Shown here: one piece after another, positions 46,701-64,000 of the stretch
How the letters are laid out: each line of letters begins with the position of its first letter
Numbering within the stretch: position 1 is the first letter of the stretch
NCBI GenBank assembly: GCA_964199315.1
Contig: OZ116711.1
Span: 22,940,001 to 23,004,000 of the forward strand
Direction: 5' to 3'
DNA from: Orbicella franksi
Taxonomy: Eukaryota
Length of the DNA: 64,000 bases
Translations under genes and position numbers: made by a program
The notes under the pieces: model-generated
The model's database searches: none
Told to the model about the DNA's origin: nothing
Seen by the model: the letters and a program-made list of their open reading frames with translations, nothing else

Positions 46701-49700
46701 CGTAGGAGTGAAAATGATTTCAAGCCATGCCCACAAAACAGGATCTTGGTACCTCTTAGGGGTTCATTTCAAAATTTCCAATGAGCACCCCTGTCTTTTT
46801 TACATGGGAATTCTCCCTTTAGCTTTTTTACTCCATATTTGTCATTATAATTTCATTATAATTATATTGTCAGGAGTTGCTTGGTGGATATGAGGAATCT
46901 GAGTTTGAAGATTTTTTCTCAGGATTATGGAGCACCTTCAAGGACAAATACCTTCATAAGCAGGTTTGTGTAGACTCTTGAGTTACTTGCATAAAATGCC
47001 CTTATTACACTGTATAGTACAGTAAGAATTCTAATATTATTTTTGTCTGATATAAGGTCATTTTGTATTGGTTCAAAATGTTCCAGATGACAGTTGTTGT
47101 GTCGTAGATGCATTAGGCTTTATCATTAATCAACAGACACAGAAACATTATTCTAAATATGAAATGTTTAATGTTTATTTTGCTTTTTTATTCTAGCCTG
47201 AACCTCCACCAGTTGATGAATCAGCAACAACTGAAGGGGAAGATAAACCAACAGAAGGTCTGTGTAAACTTGGCATTAAATTAAATTATTGGGGCTGGAA
47301 AAAATTGTCGTCCCATTGTCCCAGACAAGTAGATTTTCCTTCTGGGCAAGTACCTTTTCATTCTCACTTGCCCAATGGGCAAGAGATCAGGCAAGTCATC
47401 TGCCAACTAAATCATTAAAAGAGCAAACTAAGTCTGGCCCAGAATGTCCCAAATGCAAGGTGGAATCCAAGTTTTTTTCAAGCCCTGTTTATCAGTAACT
47501 TTAATACAGTTCATACATATATAGAAATTGGTTCAATCTCTAAAAGTCAAGAAAATTTCAGTCTGTTTTTCACAGAATTTTGCACCCAGTCGGGAGCTTC
47601 ATAATACCTTACCAAAGTCAGGGGAAAGTATTGCTGCAGCTTTTTGATTAACAGTATTTTTTGGGCCAGTATAAATAATTTAGCTAGTTTAATGGGCACA
47701 TACTGCATCTAGAGAGTGTGAAATACTAGTCTTTTGCAGACACTGGGGACCTATAATGCTCCCAAAATTTCTTTTTTCTAAAAGAAATTAAAAAAGAAAT
47801 GGTTATATTTGCTCAGTCAGTTGTTAAAGTCGGGTCTGAATTGTCTTCTTGTAGACATTTTTTTTTTTTTTTTTTTCATGGATGGCAACCATGAAGATAT
47901 GAAACAACCTGGTCTTCATTCTCATAACCCACGTAGTTGTAATGTGTTCAAGTTGGAATTGAGAATTTTGGACATCATCACTAATGAGATTTTTATTATT
48001 AGCTGCAACTGCTGCAACTGAGCCACCCCCTGTTCCTCCTCCAATTGACGATAATTTGGATGATGAGGATCTGCCTGAGGTACCTGGTGATGATGATGAT
48101 GAGGAGGAGGATGAGGATGAAGATGAAGGAGACGAGCCCTCAGATGAATTTAAACAAGAGGCTGAGAACAGAGCTGCTGAAGCTTCAGAGGGTCAGTCAG
48201 GTTGAATAAACTGATAAATCTAAACAGTTGAAATTAGGGTTTTTGCTCCACTAAGTTAAAACTGAGCGCTCTTTTATTATTCTTGTACCAATTGTTAGTC
48301 GATACCTTGCAAAATGATCTGATCGATCTCTTTTGCTGCCTCATGCTAAGAAATAAAGGCTCACTTGCTCAACACACTACTTGTCGAGCACTTTAATCAT
48401 GAGCCCCCGGTTCAGGAGAATGGGCAACCACTCCACGTGTCACGGCGTTGAATGAATTACTTGTATCACTATTACTGTTTCCTAGTCTTAATAGAACCTA
48501 TCTAAGATAGGTTTTACTTACTTCAGTGCCCACTCTACTGTTACAGATAATAAAGATGATTTGAAGATGCCTGATTATGATGAGGATACAAAAGCAAAAA
48601 TTACTGGTAAGTCAAGTTATTAGCGCAAATATGTGCAATTTGTGCGGTGGACAAGGATTATGGACTACACAACACTGTGTGGTCCGCTTATTGTGCAAAG
48701 ACCCCCTGGGTTACGTTGTGTAAAGAAATGTTTTGATATCTCTCTTTAAGTTGCTAACGATGCCAGGAAAGAATTCGAGGATGCAGAAACTGCTTCACGG
48801 GACACAGAAAGAGAAATCAGGTTTGATAATTTAGTTTTAAAGTGCTGTTCTAAATCGTCATCTTGATGAAAGGAAAAACAAAAAAAACGGCTCAGTAATG
48901 TTGTCGATCGTTGATTTGCTTGCTTCTTTCAGTGACCTTGAGAGATTGCTGAACCTAAATCTTGGTCAAGAGGAAGAATTTTCTCCGCTTCAAGGACAAT
49001 GTTATGAGTACACAGATAGAGAGTGAGTAAATAATACTATAAAGGTAAAGGTAGTCTGCATACGAACCAAGTGGCTCATCAGGCCGGAGCTTACCCCGGT
49101 TTCAATAGCATGAAGCAACCAGAGCATTTCTACTCCCCCCTGGATGGGATACTGGTCCATCGCAGGGTTACCCCCCAGAATGAAATCCGCCGATACCCAT
49201 TTATACACCTGGTTGGAGAGAGGCGCTGTGGGAGTTAAGTGTCTTGCCTAAGAACACAACACAATGTCCCCGGCCAGGGCTCCGACCCGGACCGTTCGCT
49301 CCGGAGTCGAGCGCACTAACCACAAGACCACCGCGCCTCCCATAAATAATACTATGACAGGTCATATATATATAGCTAAGTTTCACCCGAACAAGTACAG
49401 AGGAAGATTACATCTTTGACGGACTCCAGTCTATATAAGCAGCAAGGTTCATGTGATAACAGGTCTATTTGGCTTTCGTTATTTTCAGGTATTTGTACAA
49501 ACTTTGTCCGTTTGACAAAGCTTCTCAGCAACCTAAGGATGGAGGCTCAGAAACTTCACTAGGGTGAGTGATTTGTACAGCAGTAAAAATAGTTACCTCT
49601 CCATTCAAACCAGAGAGACTTGAAAATGTACGACTGGATCATATCCCAGTGTCCATAGCGTGAAGCGATTGGGAGTGTTACATCTGAGGAACCCTCCCCT

Positions 49701-50952
49701 CTCCTCCCCCCCCCCCCCCGAAGAACAGTTCGTGATCGCTGTTACTAAATCATTCTCCTTGAGCATAGAAACATCGTACCTTGCGTAGAAGACGTAAAAC
49801 GGGAGAGAGATCAGAGGGAGGGATAACGGAGATAGTGTAGAAGTAGGGGGCGAGGGTTCCTTCCCCTTCTTCCTCGCATCTTTCGCCTCCCCTACTTCTT
49901 TTCCCGTTTACGCGTGTACTGCAGACTAGAAGTATTGTGAGACTAGTGGCACTGACCTGTGCTCAAATGCGGAGAACATCACGCTAACCAGAACGCTATT
50001 TTTATACTGGAGGGCGTATGCATTTATAAATCACAGTCAAAATTCTTGTAAAGGCCTTTAAAAAATCCCTCTAGTTAGAATGGAAGAAATTGTAACACAC
50101 TTAAATGAACCCTGACTACGAGTAGGCATCGTAATATCAATATCAAATAAAAAAGATTGCAGTCGTCCTTATCAGAGTTGTCTCATGTTATCTGTATTTT
50201 AGCACATGGGGCGAATGGACAGGAGATCCAAACAAGTACAGTCGTATGAAGTATTCTGGAGGACAAGGCTGTTGGAACGGACCTAGCAGATCCGCTGTGG
50301 TAAGCTGGAAACATACATGGCTACGAGCTGCTTTTGTTCTTGCTGTTTTTTTTTTAAGTCGTCGCGGAAGTTGCGTTATATTTTTATTCAGTTATCGAGA
50401 AAAGAACGCACACCCTTCGAAAGTCATAATACCAGGTACTTACAAGGTCTAAGTGCGCGAGATCTTTAATCTTTAATAAATTATTCGCTTGTTTGAGTCG
50501 TTATTAATGCGCGAAAAAGCGCCGAACAAAAGGACGGCAAATAGGACCTGCGCGTTTCATCTTATGTTAACATTCTCGCAGAAGTTATGTGTGTTTGGGA
50601 ACGTGAACTTAAGAATGTCAAGAATCGCTGTAGATGAATAAAGGAAGAAAAAATGGTTCCTTGGTTTTTCTTCTGGCAGAACACGAAGCATGTAGAGTAT
50701 AGCGTTCTTCGCAGACATGACATCCTTGTCGCGAAATCTTCCCTCCATGCTCGGCCAAACAGCCTCCAAATTCATTGAATTATATTATCATCCTCTCCTT
50801 TGCAGATAAACCTTCGGTGTGGCTCAACGAACGAGCTGTTTCAGGTCTCAGAACCGAGCAGATGTGAATACCTTATGGAATTTAAAACACCCGCTGCTTG
50901 TAGGAATGTCGGCGACTCCACCCTTCCACACGAACATGGCGGAGAACTGTGA
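40726..50952 (+). CDS. PRKCSH: Glucosidase II subunit beta (80K-H), ~555 aa
   Basis: Exons: 40726-40843, 42423-42539, 43235-43330, 43849-43906, 44714-44771, 44886-44945, 45051-45114, 45583-45648, 45937-46021, 46339-46405, 46874-46963, 47197-47257, 48003-48191, 48547-48606, 48751-48820, 48933-49022, 49489-49563, 50203-50299, 50806-50952 (sum 1668 nt). Features: signal peptide; [34 protein letters not shown]; [15 protein letters not shown]; EF-hand; acidic tract; MRH domain ([46 protein letters not shown]). Confidence 0.97.
42040..42330. mobile_element. Degenerate MITE with repeated GGGACTAGTC/GGACTTGTCCC motifs
   Basis: agtccttgcaactagtcccc near the left end is inverted as ggactagttgcagggagt near the right end. 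The terminus ccttgtgtgtgccgacctt is followed by ta. Confidence 0.5.
44265..44620. repeat. Compound (TCTG)n microsatellite with a triplicated higher-order block
   Basis: TCTG runs; the block gtgtgaatgtctg...gtcagattgttcattaggttggac occurs three times. Confidence 0.9.
46512..46817. mobile_element. MITE with ~38-bp imperfect TIR
   Basis: gggaggactcccatataaaaaggacttggggtgctcgt versus atgagcacccctgtcttttttacatgggaattctccc. Internal repeat ggtacctcttagg(g). Confidence 0.75.
47290..47487. mobile_element. Short MITE, termini gggctggaaaaaa / tttttttcaagccctg
   Basis: Inverted termini and internal gggcaag/cttgccc repeats. Confidence 0.6.
49041..49342 (-). mobile_element. Full-length tRNA-derived SINE with 13-bp target-site duplication
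   Basis: The minus strand begins ggaggcgcggtggtcttgtggttag (A-box-like) and has ggtccgggtcggagccc (B-box-like). It contains the CORE-like segment ttcttaggcaagacacttaactcccacagcgcctctc...taaatggg and ends in a (TACCTT)n tail. TAAATAATACTAT is duplicated at 49028-49040 and 49343-49355. Confidence 0.9.
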
Positions 50953-51497
50953 TTTAATATAGGAACCCTTAAATCTGTACAGAATTTCTACTGGAAACAA
51001 AATCAAATAGTTATTGTAATAAACTTTTCCGATGCGCTAATGATGATGATGATGATGATGATTAGCGTATGAGTTCTTTAAAGCAAAATTATAAATTTAA
51101 ACAGGCGAGCCAAGAGATCCGCCCTGGTACCGAATCAAAATTCTTGGAACCAATTCTACAAGCTTTTTTTATGTTGACATCGTGTGATATGCACTTGCAC
51201 AAATGACAATGGTAACCGTGTGATCCATATCTAATTGCTTTGTCACTGATCTCTAGGAAGATTGGTGACAGCAATAAATTGTTCACTAGCAAGGCCTTGG
51301 TGTCTCATTGTACCATCAAATTTTCCAAAATGTGAATTGTCAAGTATTTCAAGCTTAGTAGCTCATTAGTTTTATGTAAGCCGATAAGACAGTTCTCAGA
51401 GAAGCCAGATTTCAGCTACCATACGAGTTCACCTTGCAATGCATTGTAATTTTAATAAAATAATTTTCATTTTGCTTGATGTTTTATGAACTTAGTG

Positions 51498-51944
51498 CAG
51501 TGAACCCCCATTAATGCAGTCACCAACGTGCGATGAAAATTTGGCCGTAGTAACGGGATCGCCGTATTATCTTGGTAGGGTCAAATTTCATGACTGGTCT
51601 AAATTGACGTCTTCACAGATCTATCACAATTGTACTTCTAAATACAACTGTTCACTAATAAGCATCCGGAGTGCAGATATAATTTTAAGAAAATTGAAAC
51701 TTGTACCAGTACATAAAATATCAGCAATAGGAAGATGAACATTATTAGTTTGAGTAGCTGTATAAACAGGGTAAAATTATAAAAGATTATACAGGTTGGG
51801 ATTTCAGAATGTAGCCGTTGGCCGTATTAACGGGGTGGCCGCATTAGCGGGTTTTTCTTATAAGAAAATGTATGGGCTTTTCGCCGGGACAGAAAAGTGG
51901 CTGTAATAAGGAGGTGACTGTAATTATAAGGCAGGTTCTACTGT
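51498..51944. mobile_element. Interrupted MITE remnant (Tc1/mariner-like termini cagtgaacc / ggttctactg-ta)
   Basis: ggccgta.taacggg.t.gccg.atta is repeated in both halves. Decayed inverted termini. Confidence 0.4.
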
Positions 51945-52276
51945 ACGCTGGAAAGGTGAGGATCTCAAACCGTCTTTTGTGATCAGATGCCTCAGCGTGA
52001 ACAAACTTTAATCCAGAAACTCGTCGAATTGCTGTCAACTTGCCACATGTATTAAATTTCCGTGCAAATTTCCGTTCAAGTGACCTCGTAATGCCTCCTT
52101 TGAGGCCACTCGACTCTTTGTAAGGAAGAGTGTTGCGTGACTAGTCAAATACTGCTACGAAGACCAGTGCATGACCCATGGATGCAGGGCTTTGTGTGAC
52201 CCAGAAAACAAGATCCAGTCTTTTTTGTATTTAGTCGTGAGTTCGGATGGCCAGCGGTTGCTGCCCAAATTTCAAT

Positions 52277-55200
52277 ATGGCGGCTGAAGTCGCGGACTTT
52301 TCTGATCGCACATTTGAGAGAGAAATCGATTGTCATAACGGAATTCTTAGGATAAAGCAAGCTGAAGTAGGTGATGAGAGTTGTGTTGTTTGGGACGCTG
52401 CCCTAGTTCTGGCAAAATATTTACAGACACGACACTACTGCTCTAAAGAACTACTTCAAAACAAGCGCGTTATTGAGCTTGGTGCTGGCACTGGAGTAGT
52501 TGGACTTATAGCTGCGTCTTGTGGGTAAAGTGCATGTATATTGTATTAAATGCATCAGATCTCGATTTTCTACATCCCGCATCCAACATCACCACATGCC
52601 TCTAACAACACCATTCTGGTGCCATAATGACGACAACTTACTCACGCGCTACCCCTTGTACATGTAGCATACCAGGATAGTCATTTCATAACAAAATAAA
52701 GGGGTTGATCATCGTTCACATGATACAAGTTTGATTTTTCCTACCAGAACGAAGCTTTCAACTCAGCGTAGCAACCAGAATGAACTCTTAATGGTGTAGG
52801 ACTCTTTCTTTTATGACATTTGGCACTAGTATCATTTAAATAAAAAGAAAATACAAAAGGAAACTGGGGTGGACTTGTGTCAATAAGTCCAACACACACA
52901 AGTGTCTGCCTTATAAAGGAGACCCCATTAAGGGTTTGTCTGTTGTTGTACTGTGCACTTTAGAAAAGTAGCTGCTGTAAAGAGTTACCTTAAGGTGCTT
53001 CATAAAGAGAGTTTATTGCTTTAGAGAGGTGTCCAGTTTAGATAGATGATGGTGGAAATAATTCTGGGGCCAGACTCACAAAGCTCTTTGTATTTCATTT
53101 CAACAATACCTACGCGACATCTTTTTGTAAAAAGGTCTTTGTGAATTTATCCCCAGAAGTCTACTCTGTGAGTCAACTTTGAACACTTGAACAAATTAAA
53201 TGTGTGGGTGTTCAGTTCATTTATTGTCAGTTATAGCATCATTAGTGTAATTATTATTTCATTTCAGTGCATGTGTGTACTGTACTGACTTACCAGAAGT
53301 TGTACCTCTCATTGAATTAAACAGCAATATCAATCAAAATATGATAACAGGAACTTTTGTGGCAAAGTCATTAAAATGGTATGTATGGTATCTGTATGTT
53401 TCCCATGCAATCCATAATTTGCAATCCATTGTGACAGACTGTTTCCAATAATATTTTTTGTCATTAAAAATGTTTTTCAAGACAGCGTGACACAAAGACT
53501 ACAGTACAACCGTAACAGCGGAACAGCCTTGGAATCAACCAAATGTACATGCAAAAATGCAATGAACCCCACCCTCATTCAGCCATTCTAATTACAATCC
53601 AACAAGCTTTGCAACTCCAAAATGATAAATTCCCTCAAACAATTTGGCTGAAATTTCAATTTATTATTGTAAAATTTGTAATTTTTATAACAATGGTCTT
53701 GTCAATTAAGCTTAAATGTATCAAAGTAACTGTGTAGCTTAAATCTGATTTACAAGTAAAATTCTGTTATTTTGTATTGTAGGGGACAAGATGTGTCTGC
53801 TTTTCAACCTTCTCCAGATCTACTTTTAGTTGCTGATTGCATTTATTATGAAGAGGTGAGAAAGTTGACAGAAATTTATAAAATTAATGTTGAAAAAAAA
53901 AACGTAAAAATAGCTTAGAAAAAGCTTTGGCCAAGATTTAGGTCTTGACATTTAATTCTCTTAAAAAAAAAAATTGACGTAGAAACTGTAAAATGCAAAC
54001 AGGCTTCATGCAAGGGTGGAAAAAAATTGGTATTAAAGCTTAGCGAGTCAATGAGCTTGAAAAAATTAGGAAGCAAAGCAAGCTGAGCCATTTTTGCTTA
54101 CCAGACTGCTCTCAGCTTGCTTGGTTTGCTCCACTCTCCTCTTTTTTCACCCAATCGAGAGCCTTTTCATAGGCTACAGAAATGTTTTGACAAGGTTCCA
54201 TGAATTATATGTTGTTATGACTGATAGTTCTAAATAGTGCAAGAAGTAGTAAAATAATGACAAGAATTAGTGGTGCAAAGAAAAAAAAATCCAGCAAATG
54301 TGACGTCAAGACTTTGGCAATGCCAAATCTTGTTGTGAAAGGAAAACAGGTAAAATCACTACTGGATATGGGCAAACTTCAAAATTGCAGCTGTATCAAT
54401 TGTTTTTATCCAGGTTAAGGTCTTTGTACGATGTTTTACATCACAGACGCTTGGCGTATATCTGTGCGTATTGTGTAGTTTGGTTGATTAAGTAGTTTAA
54501 TTGTTGAAGTCCTTAGAACCTCTTGTGGCGACCCTTTGTGATCTGAGTGATGTCAATACAACTGTGTTAATAAGCTACGAGGAACGAACAACAGGCAATA
54601 AACCAATGCTGGAGAAAAAGTTCCATCAGGTAAAGTCACTTCACTACACATTGTAGCTTGTTATAGTCAAACCAAGTGAAGTGTACCTCTCAAGATTACA
54701 TTAATGAATTGATTATTTGAATATTGAACCCACTAGTTGTTCCAGGATTATGGCTAATGGGTTTAATGTTGAAAAAAAAAAAAAAATTTAATATTGATTT
54801 TTGAAATACTAGCGAGTTCAGTATTCAAATAATCAATTCATTGTTGCATTCTTGAAACAAGTAGCGGATTCCATATTCAATTAATCAATTCATTAATGTA
54901 ATCTCGAGGGCTACGCTTCAGTTGGTTTGACTGTAACTTGCTTTTGTCACGTTTGTTGTCACGTTTGTTTCACGTTCGTCTCACAACTAGGCGCCATACC
55001 AAACGCATCTTAAAAAATTTAGTGTAGATGTATCAAGCAGGCCATTTATAATTCCTCTCCATGCAATCTTTTCCTCTCATAACCATTTTTGTTTCCAGTA
55101 TGTGGCTTAAATTTGAGCCTTTTACTTTGTTATCTTACTCCCAAAAGAAGCGCTACATGGACAGCTTGATTCCGACATCTCTCTCAGCACTAAGCGATAA

Positions 55201-55629
55201 TAATTATCTCCTCAGAGCTTTATTATCTAGCTCTCTGCACGCACTGCAGGCCTATGATGAGGGAGCATCATAGGCCTGCAGTGCGTGCAGAGAGCTAGAT
55301 AATAAAGCTCTGAGGAGATAATATTAGAGACAACTGAAACTCAGCAGAATTCAGACAGACAATAGTCTAGAACCAGACCACATGTATCAGATATTTAGAT
55401 TACACTTATGTCCTCAAACAATAATCCAATCTCAGCCGTTCTTTGTTCATATACTTTACGGAAAACATATCAGTTTTTTTTTTCTCTCTTTATTTATCAG
55501 CTTGTGAGAGAGCACTTTACAGTGGACGAAATCCCAGAGGAACAACAAGACCCAGTCTACCACAGTCCAGATATACACCTTCTGAAGCTGAAAAGAAAGA
55601 TTGGAAAAAGCTCTGACCAATCAGAGTAA
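52277..55629 (+). CDS. VCPKMT: VCP lysine methyltransferase (METTL21D), ~226 aa
   Basis: Exons 52277-52524, 53268-53378, 53783-53855, 54510-54629, 55501-55629 (681 nt). Motifs: GDESCVVWDAALVLAKYL, motif I VIELGAGTGVVG, TDLPEVVPL, LKWG, ADCIYYEESLEPLV, YEERTTGNKP, YHSPDIHL. The start at caatATGGCGG is preferred over the in-frame upstream ATG at 52247. Confidence 0.95.
54686..54910. mobile_element. MITE with ~55-bp imperfect TIRs in the last VCPKMT intron
   Basis: ctcaagattacattaatgaattgattatttgaatattgaacccactagttgtt versus the reverse complement of aacaagtagcggattccatattcaattaatcaattcattaatgtaatctcgag. A partial third copy lies inside. Confidence 0.75.
55203..55322. repeat. Perfect inverted repeat: 57-bp arms, 6-nt loop (AGGGAG)
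   Basis: 55203-55259 is the exact reverse complement of 55266-55322. Confidence 0.97.
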
Positions 55630-55790
55630 ACGCGCTGTTCCTTCAACCAATCGGGAACAAAATCAAAACCAAGCGTGAACGCATCACTTGACTAGTGCGT
55701 GTTTCCCGCGCTTGGCACGGGATGTATATGATTGCTTCGAGTTCTAATTGACTCAATGTGCTAGTTGCGTTTGTTGTGATTGGCTATCTC
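55628..55790. mobile_element. Degenerate fragment of the MITE family at 61379-61662, forming the proximal VCPKMT 3' UTR
   Basis: ttcaaccaatcgggaacaaaatcaaaaccaagcgtga and tttcccgcgctt...gtgattggct align to the reverse complement of the 61.4 kb element. Confidence 0.55.
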
Positions 55791-55800
55791 ATGACAGGCA

Positions 55801-56383
55801 TTAGGAAACCACTATAAAAAGATGAACAATTCGGTAGCCCGTGTACAGTCGTCCACTCGGCACTTCGGGATCACGGAGTTTCGTAAAGCAAGGCGGACAT
55901 ACGTGATATTTGAAGCATGACTAGAGAAAAAAAAAAGTGGTAGATCAATATACCTGACTAGATGCGCATAGCTCCGTTCTGTAGCGCGAAGAAAGTCAGT
56001 ACAAGTTGCAGAAACTAAGAGTTTGCGTTTGAGAGTTAACATATTCGCCAGTGACAACTTATCTTAAAACTTACAACAGAGATACAGACGGACGACATCA
56101 CCAACAAATAAAAGTAGATTTTAAGACTTAACATGAGTGGATATTCTGCTCTCGGTACTCTCTCTAGAGATGAAAGTTTCGAAACTGTTACTTAACTTTT
56201 GTTTTGGAAAACGACACCCACCTTACTTTGGCGCCACCCTGAATGGCGCCTTTTTGAATGTCCCGAGTCATCATCAATGGACAGAATGAATAACTGTACC
56301 TTACCATGACCAAGTGAATAACGTATTAAATGTGAATTCTGTCTGGTGTACATGCAGCAAACGAACTGAACGCAACTGATCAT
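55801..56383 (-). other. Candidate unannotated 3-exon small gene or lncRNA (56383-56305, 56163-56075, 55920-55801), ~95 aa if coding
   Basis: Strong donors (atg|GTAAGG, gtt|GTAAGT) and acceptors (tttcatctctAG, ttttttttctctAG) join in one frame. No homology recognised. Confidence 0.3.
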
Positions 56384-56458
56384 TTCCGTGGTGAACTTCC
56401 AACCAAATGCATCTTTGGCGTTTGTGACGGTTTGATGATGTTGTCTCGTGCATGCCGA

Positions 56459-56900
56459 TTCAAAGTGAGCGCGCGCTAGGAAAGATTTCTACAATCCGAT
56501 CTGTATTTTTTTACTTTTATTATTATTAATGTCATTATTAATGTTAAGACATTAATAAAGTTTATGTCTGTATTAATTTCTGTTCTGAATTTTCGGAAGG
56601 CTCGATTTCTGCACCCCGCCCCCCCGCCTAAATTTTCGGTGGCTGCTGTCCACCTTCACCAGAGTTACAATCTTAATGTTCGTTACTGCTCGCGCTACAA
56701 GCCCGTTTCCTGTTCTTTAACGTTTTGTTTTTGTTTTTTGTTGTTTTTTCTCTCTTTCTCTTCTTTTTCGGTGTGGGCTGAGCCTGAGAGAGGGGTTGGA
56801 CGGAGGGTCTTTCTTTACCTCAGTTTCTTTTACCCGTCGCTGAAGTAATTAGATCTCGGGGCGTGGCAAAATGTTTGGACTTTTCAAGAGTCTGAGTATG
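56459..56900. promoter_or_regulatory. CpG-rich promoter region upstream of KIF2 with a CDE/CHR-like element and GC boxes
   Basis: The minus strand reads GCGCGCGC-TCAC-TTTGAA at 56476-56459. There is cccgcccccccgcc at ~56615 and ggggcgtggc at ~56858. Confidence 0.45.
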
Positions 56901-57537
56901 TCTGAGAGACACGTGGCGGGTGTATTAAACATGGAGTTTTTAATTTCTTTCCAGCCCACCTCCTGTGTTAGTAATTAATTATCCCAATAGCATCTGACAG
57001 CACGTATTATAATTTTAGTTAAGTGTAATGAAATTGTTGTGTTTAGTAAATTATTAAGAGTTTGGGAATCAGGACGGATAGTTTGGAGTGCTGAACAATA
57101 GAACAATACGTCACTTTTCGTTTTGTGTATTTGAGGCAAGCTGGTTTCCCACACCATGACACGCGTCACTGCGGCTGTCACTAAACCCGAGTAGAAGGGT
57201 TAGGAATTTGCATGAAGACAGGCCCTGTCTGAAATTGGTGATCTCTCAATTTCTTGAAGAGTTTTTCAGAGCTTTGCACTTGCGTGGGAAAGAACGTGGT
57301 TAGAAGGGACGGTATGATTTGTATTATACAACGTACGTACTTGTGAATCAGTACCGCTGTGCAGGAGGAGTAGGCTCAGTTGCTAATCTAAATGGAAATT
57401 TTTGAACTTGTCGAGAATTTAGGATTTTGAGCGGAAAATCTAAATACGGAAACGAATGAATTACTCAAGGACCCCAGATCCCTTTACCACAGATAATAAA
57501 TTTACTTGGGATTGAACAACGCAGGTCTAAGACCACC

Positions 57538-63654
<6,117 letters not shown>

Positions 63655-63667
63655 GTACGTTATTATA

Positions 63668-63954
63668 GGGTTTACGCCAGTTTCGCTACCTGTCGAGGTC
63701 GGGATGTTCGAGTTCGCTGCATACTCGCTTCGCGAAGGCCGAGTTCGCTACCCCAGCTAGCCGTGTTCAGCTCGGCAGTGGATGAAAGAACGAGGAATAA
63801 TCTATGTGCGTGAAGTCTTAGATCTATATATTTTTGTTTCGCAAAGTTTTAATTTTATCGATAGTAGAGAATGCGAATTAATTAGGTAGCGAACTGAAGT
63901 TGTGTGTAGCGAACATGTAGGGAACTCGACAGGTAGCGAAACCGGCTGTTACCG
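63668..63954. mobile_element. MITE with ~30-bp imperfect TIR
   Basis: gggtttacgccagtttcgctacctgtcgag versus ctcgacaggtagcgaaaccggctgttaccg; internal ttcgct/tagcgaa repeats. Confidence 0.7.
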
Positions 63955-64000
63955 TTATTAGTTCTAAGCTTTTTTGCTCTTTTTTTTATAGCGTCTACAT

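Noticed and set aside
49260-49342. tRNA gene
   Set aside because: The tRNA-like A/B boxes are the head of a SINE with body, tail and TSD; it does not form a complete cloverleaf.

Overview
Eukaryotic (animal) genomic DNA, AT-rich and intron-dense. The gene content and repeat families look cnidarian, most likely a scleractinian coral; this taxon call is an inference. By walking GT-AG junctions by hand and checking codon phase at every junction I reconstructed five protein-coding genes. (1) MPDZ/MUPP1-like scaffold, + strand, ~7960-29880, 37 coding exons, ~2010 aa, L27 plus 12 PDZ domains. (2) DNAJC14, - strand, 40450-31385, 14 exons, ~976 aa. (3) PRKCSH (glucosidase II beta), + strand, 40726-50952, 19 exons, ~555 aa, head-to-head with DNAJC14. 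(4) VCPKMT/METTL21D, + strand, 52277-55629, 5 exons, ~226 aa. (5) The 5' part of a kinesin-13 (KIF2A-like), + strand, 57538 to beyond the window end. The left edge may hold the last two exons of another gene. Introns carry many MITEs, a tRNA-derived SINE, LINE remnants, mini/microsatellites and one N-gap. There is no prokaryote-type system (CRISPR, operon, intact transposase). The most unusual signals are: a tandemly duplicated MPDZ start-codon exon; two phase-compatible candidate internal first exons in MPDZ; a possible hidden 3-exon small gene between VCPKMT and KIF2; a perfect 57-bp palindrome; a non-canonical GGEL ER-retrieval tail; and strong enrichment of TACATGTA that co-localises with CpG-depleted 5' gene bodies. 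All of these are hypotheses from sequence alone.
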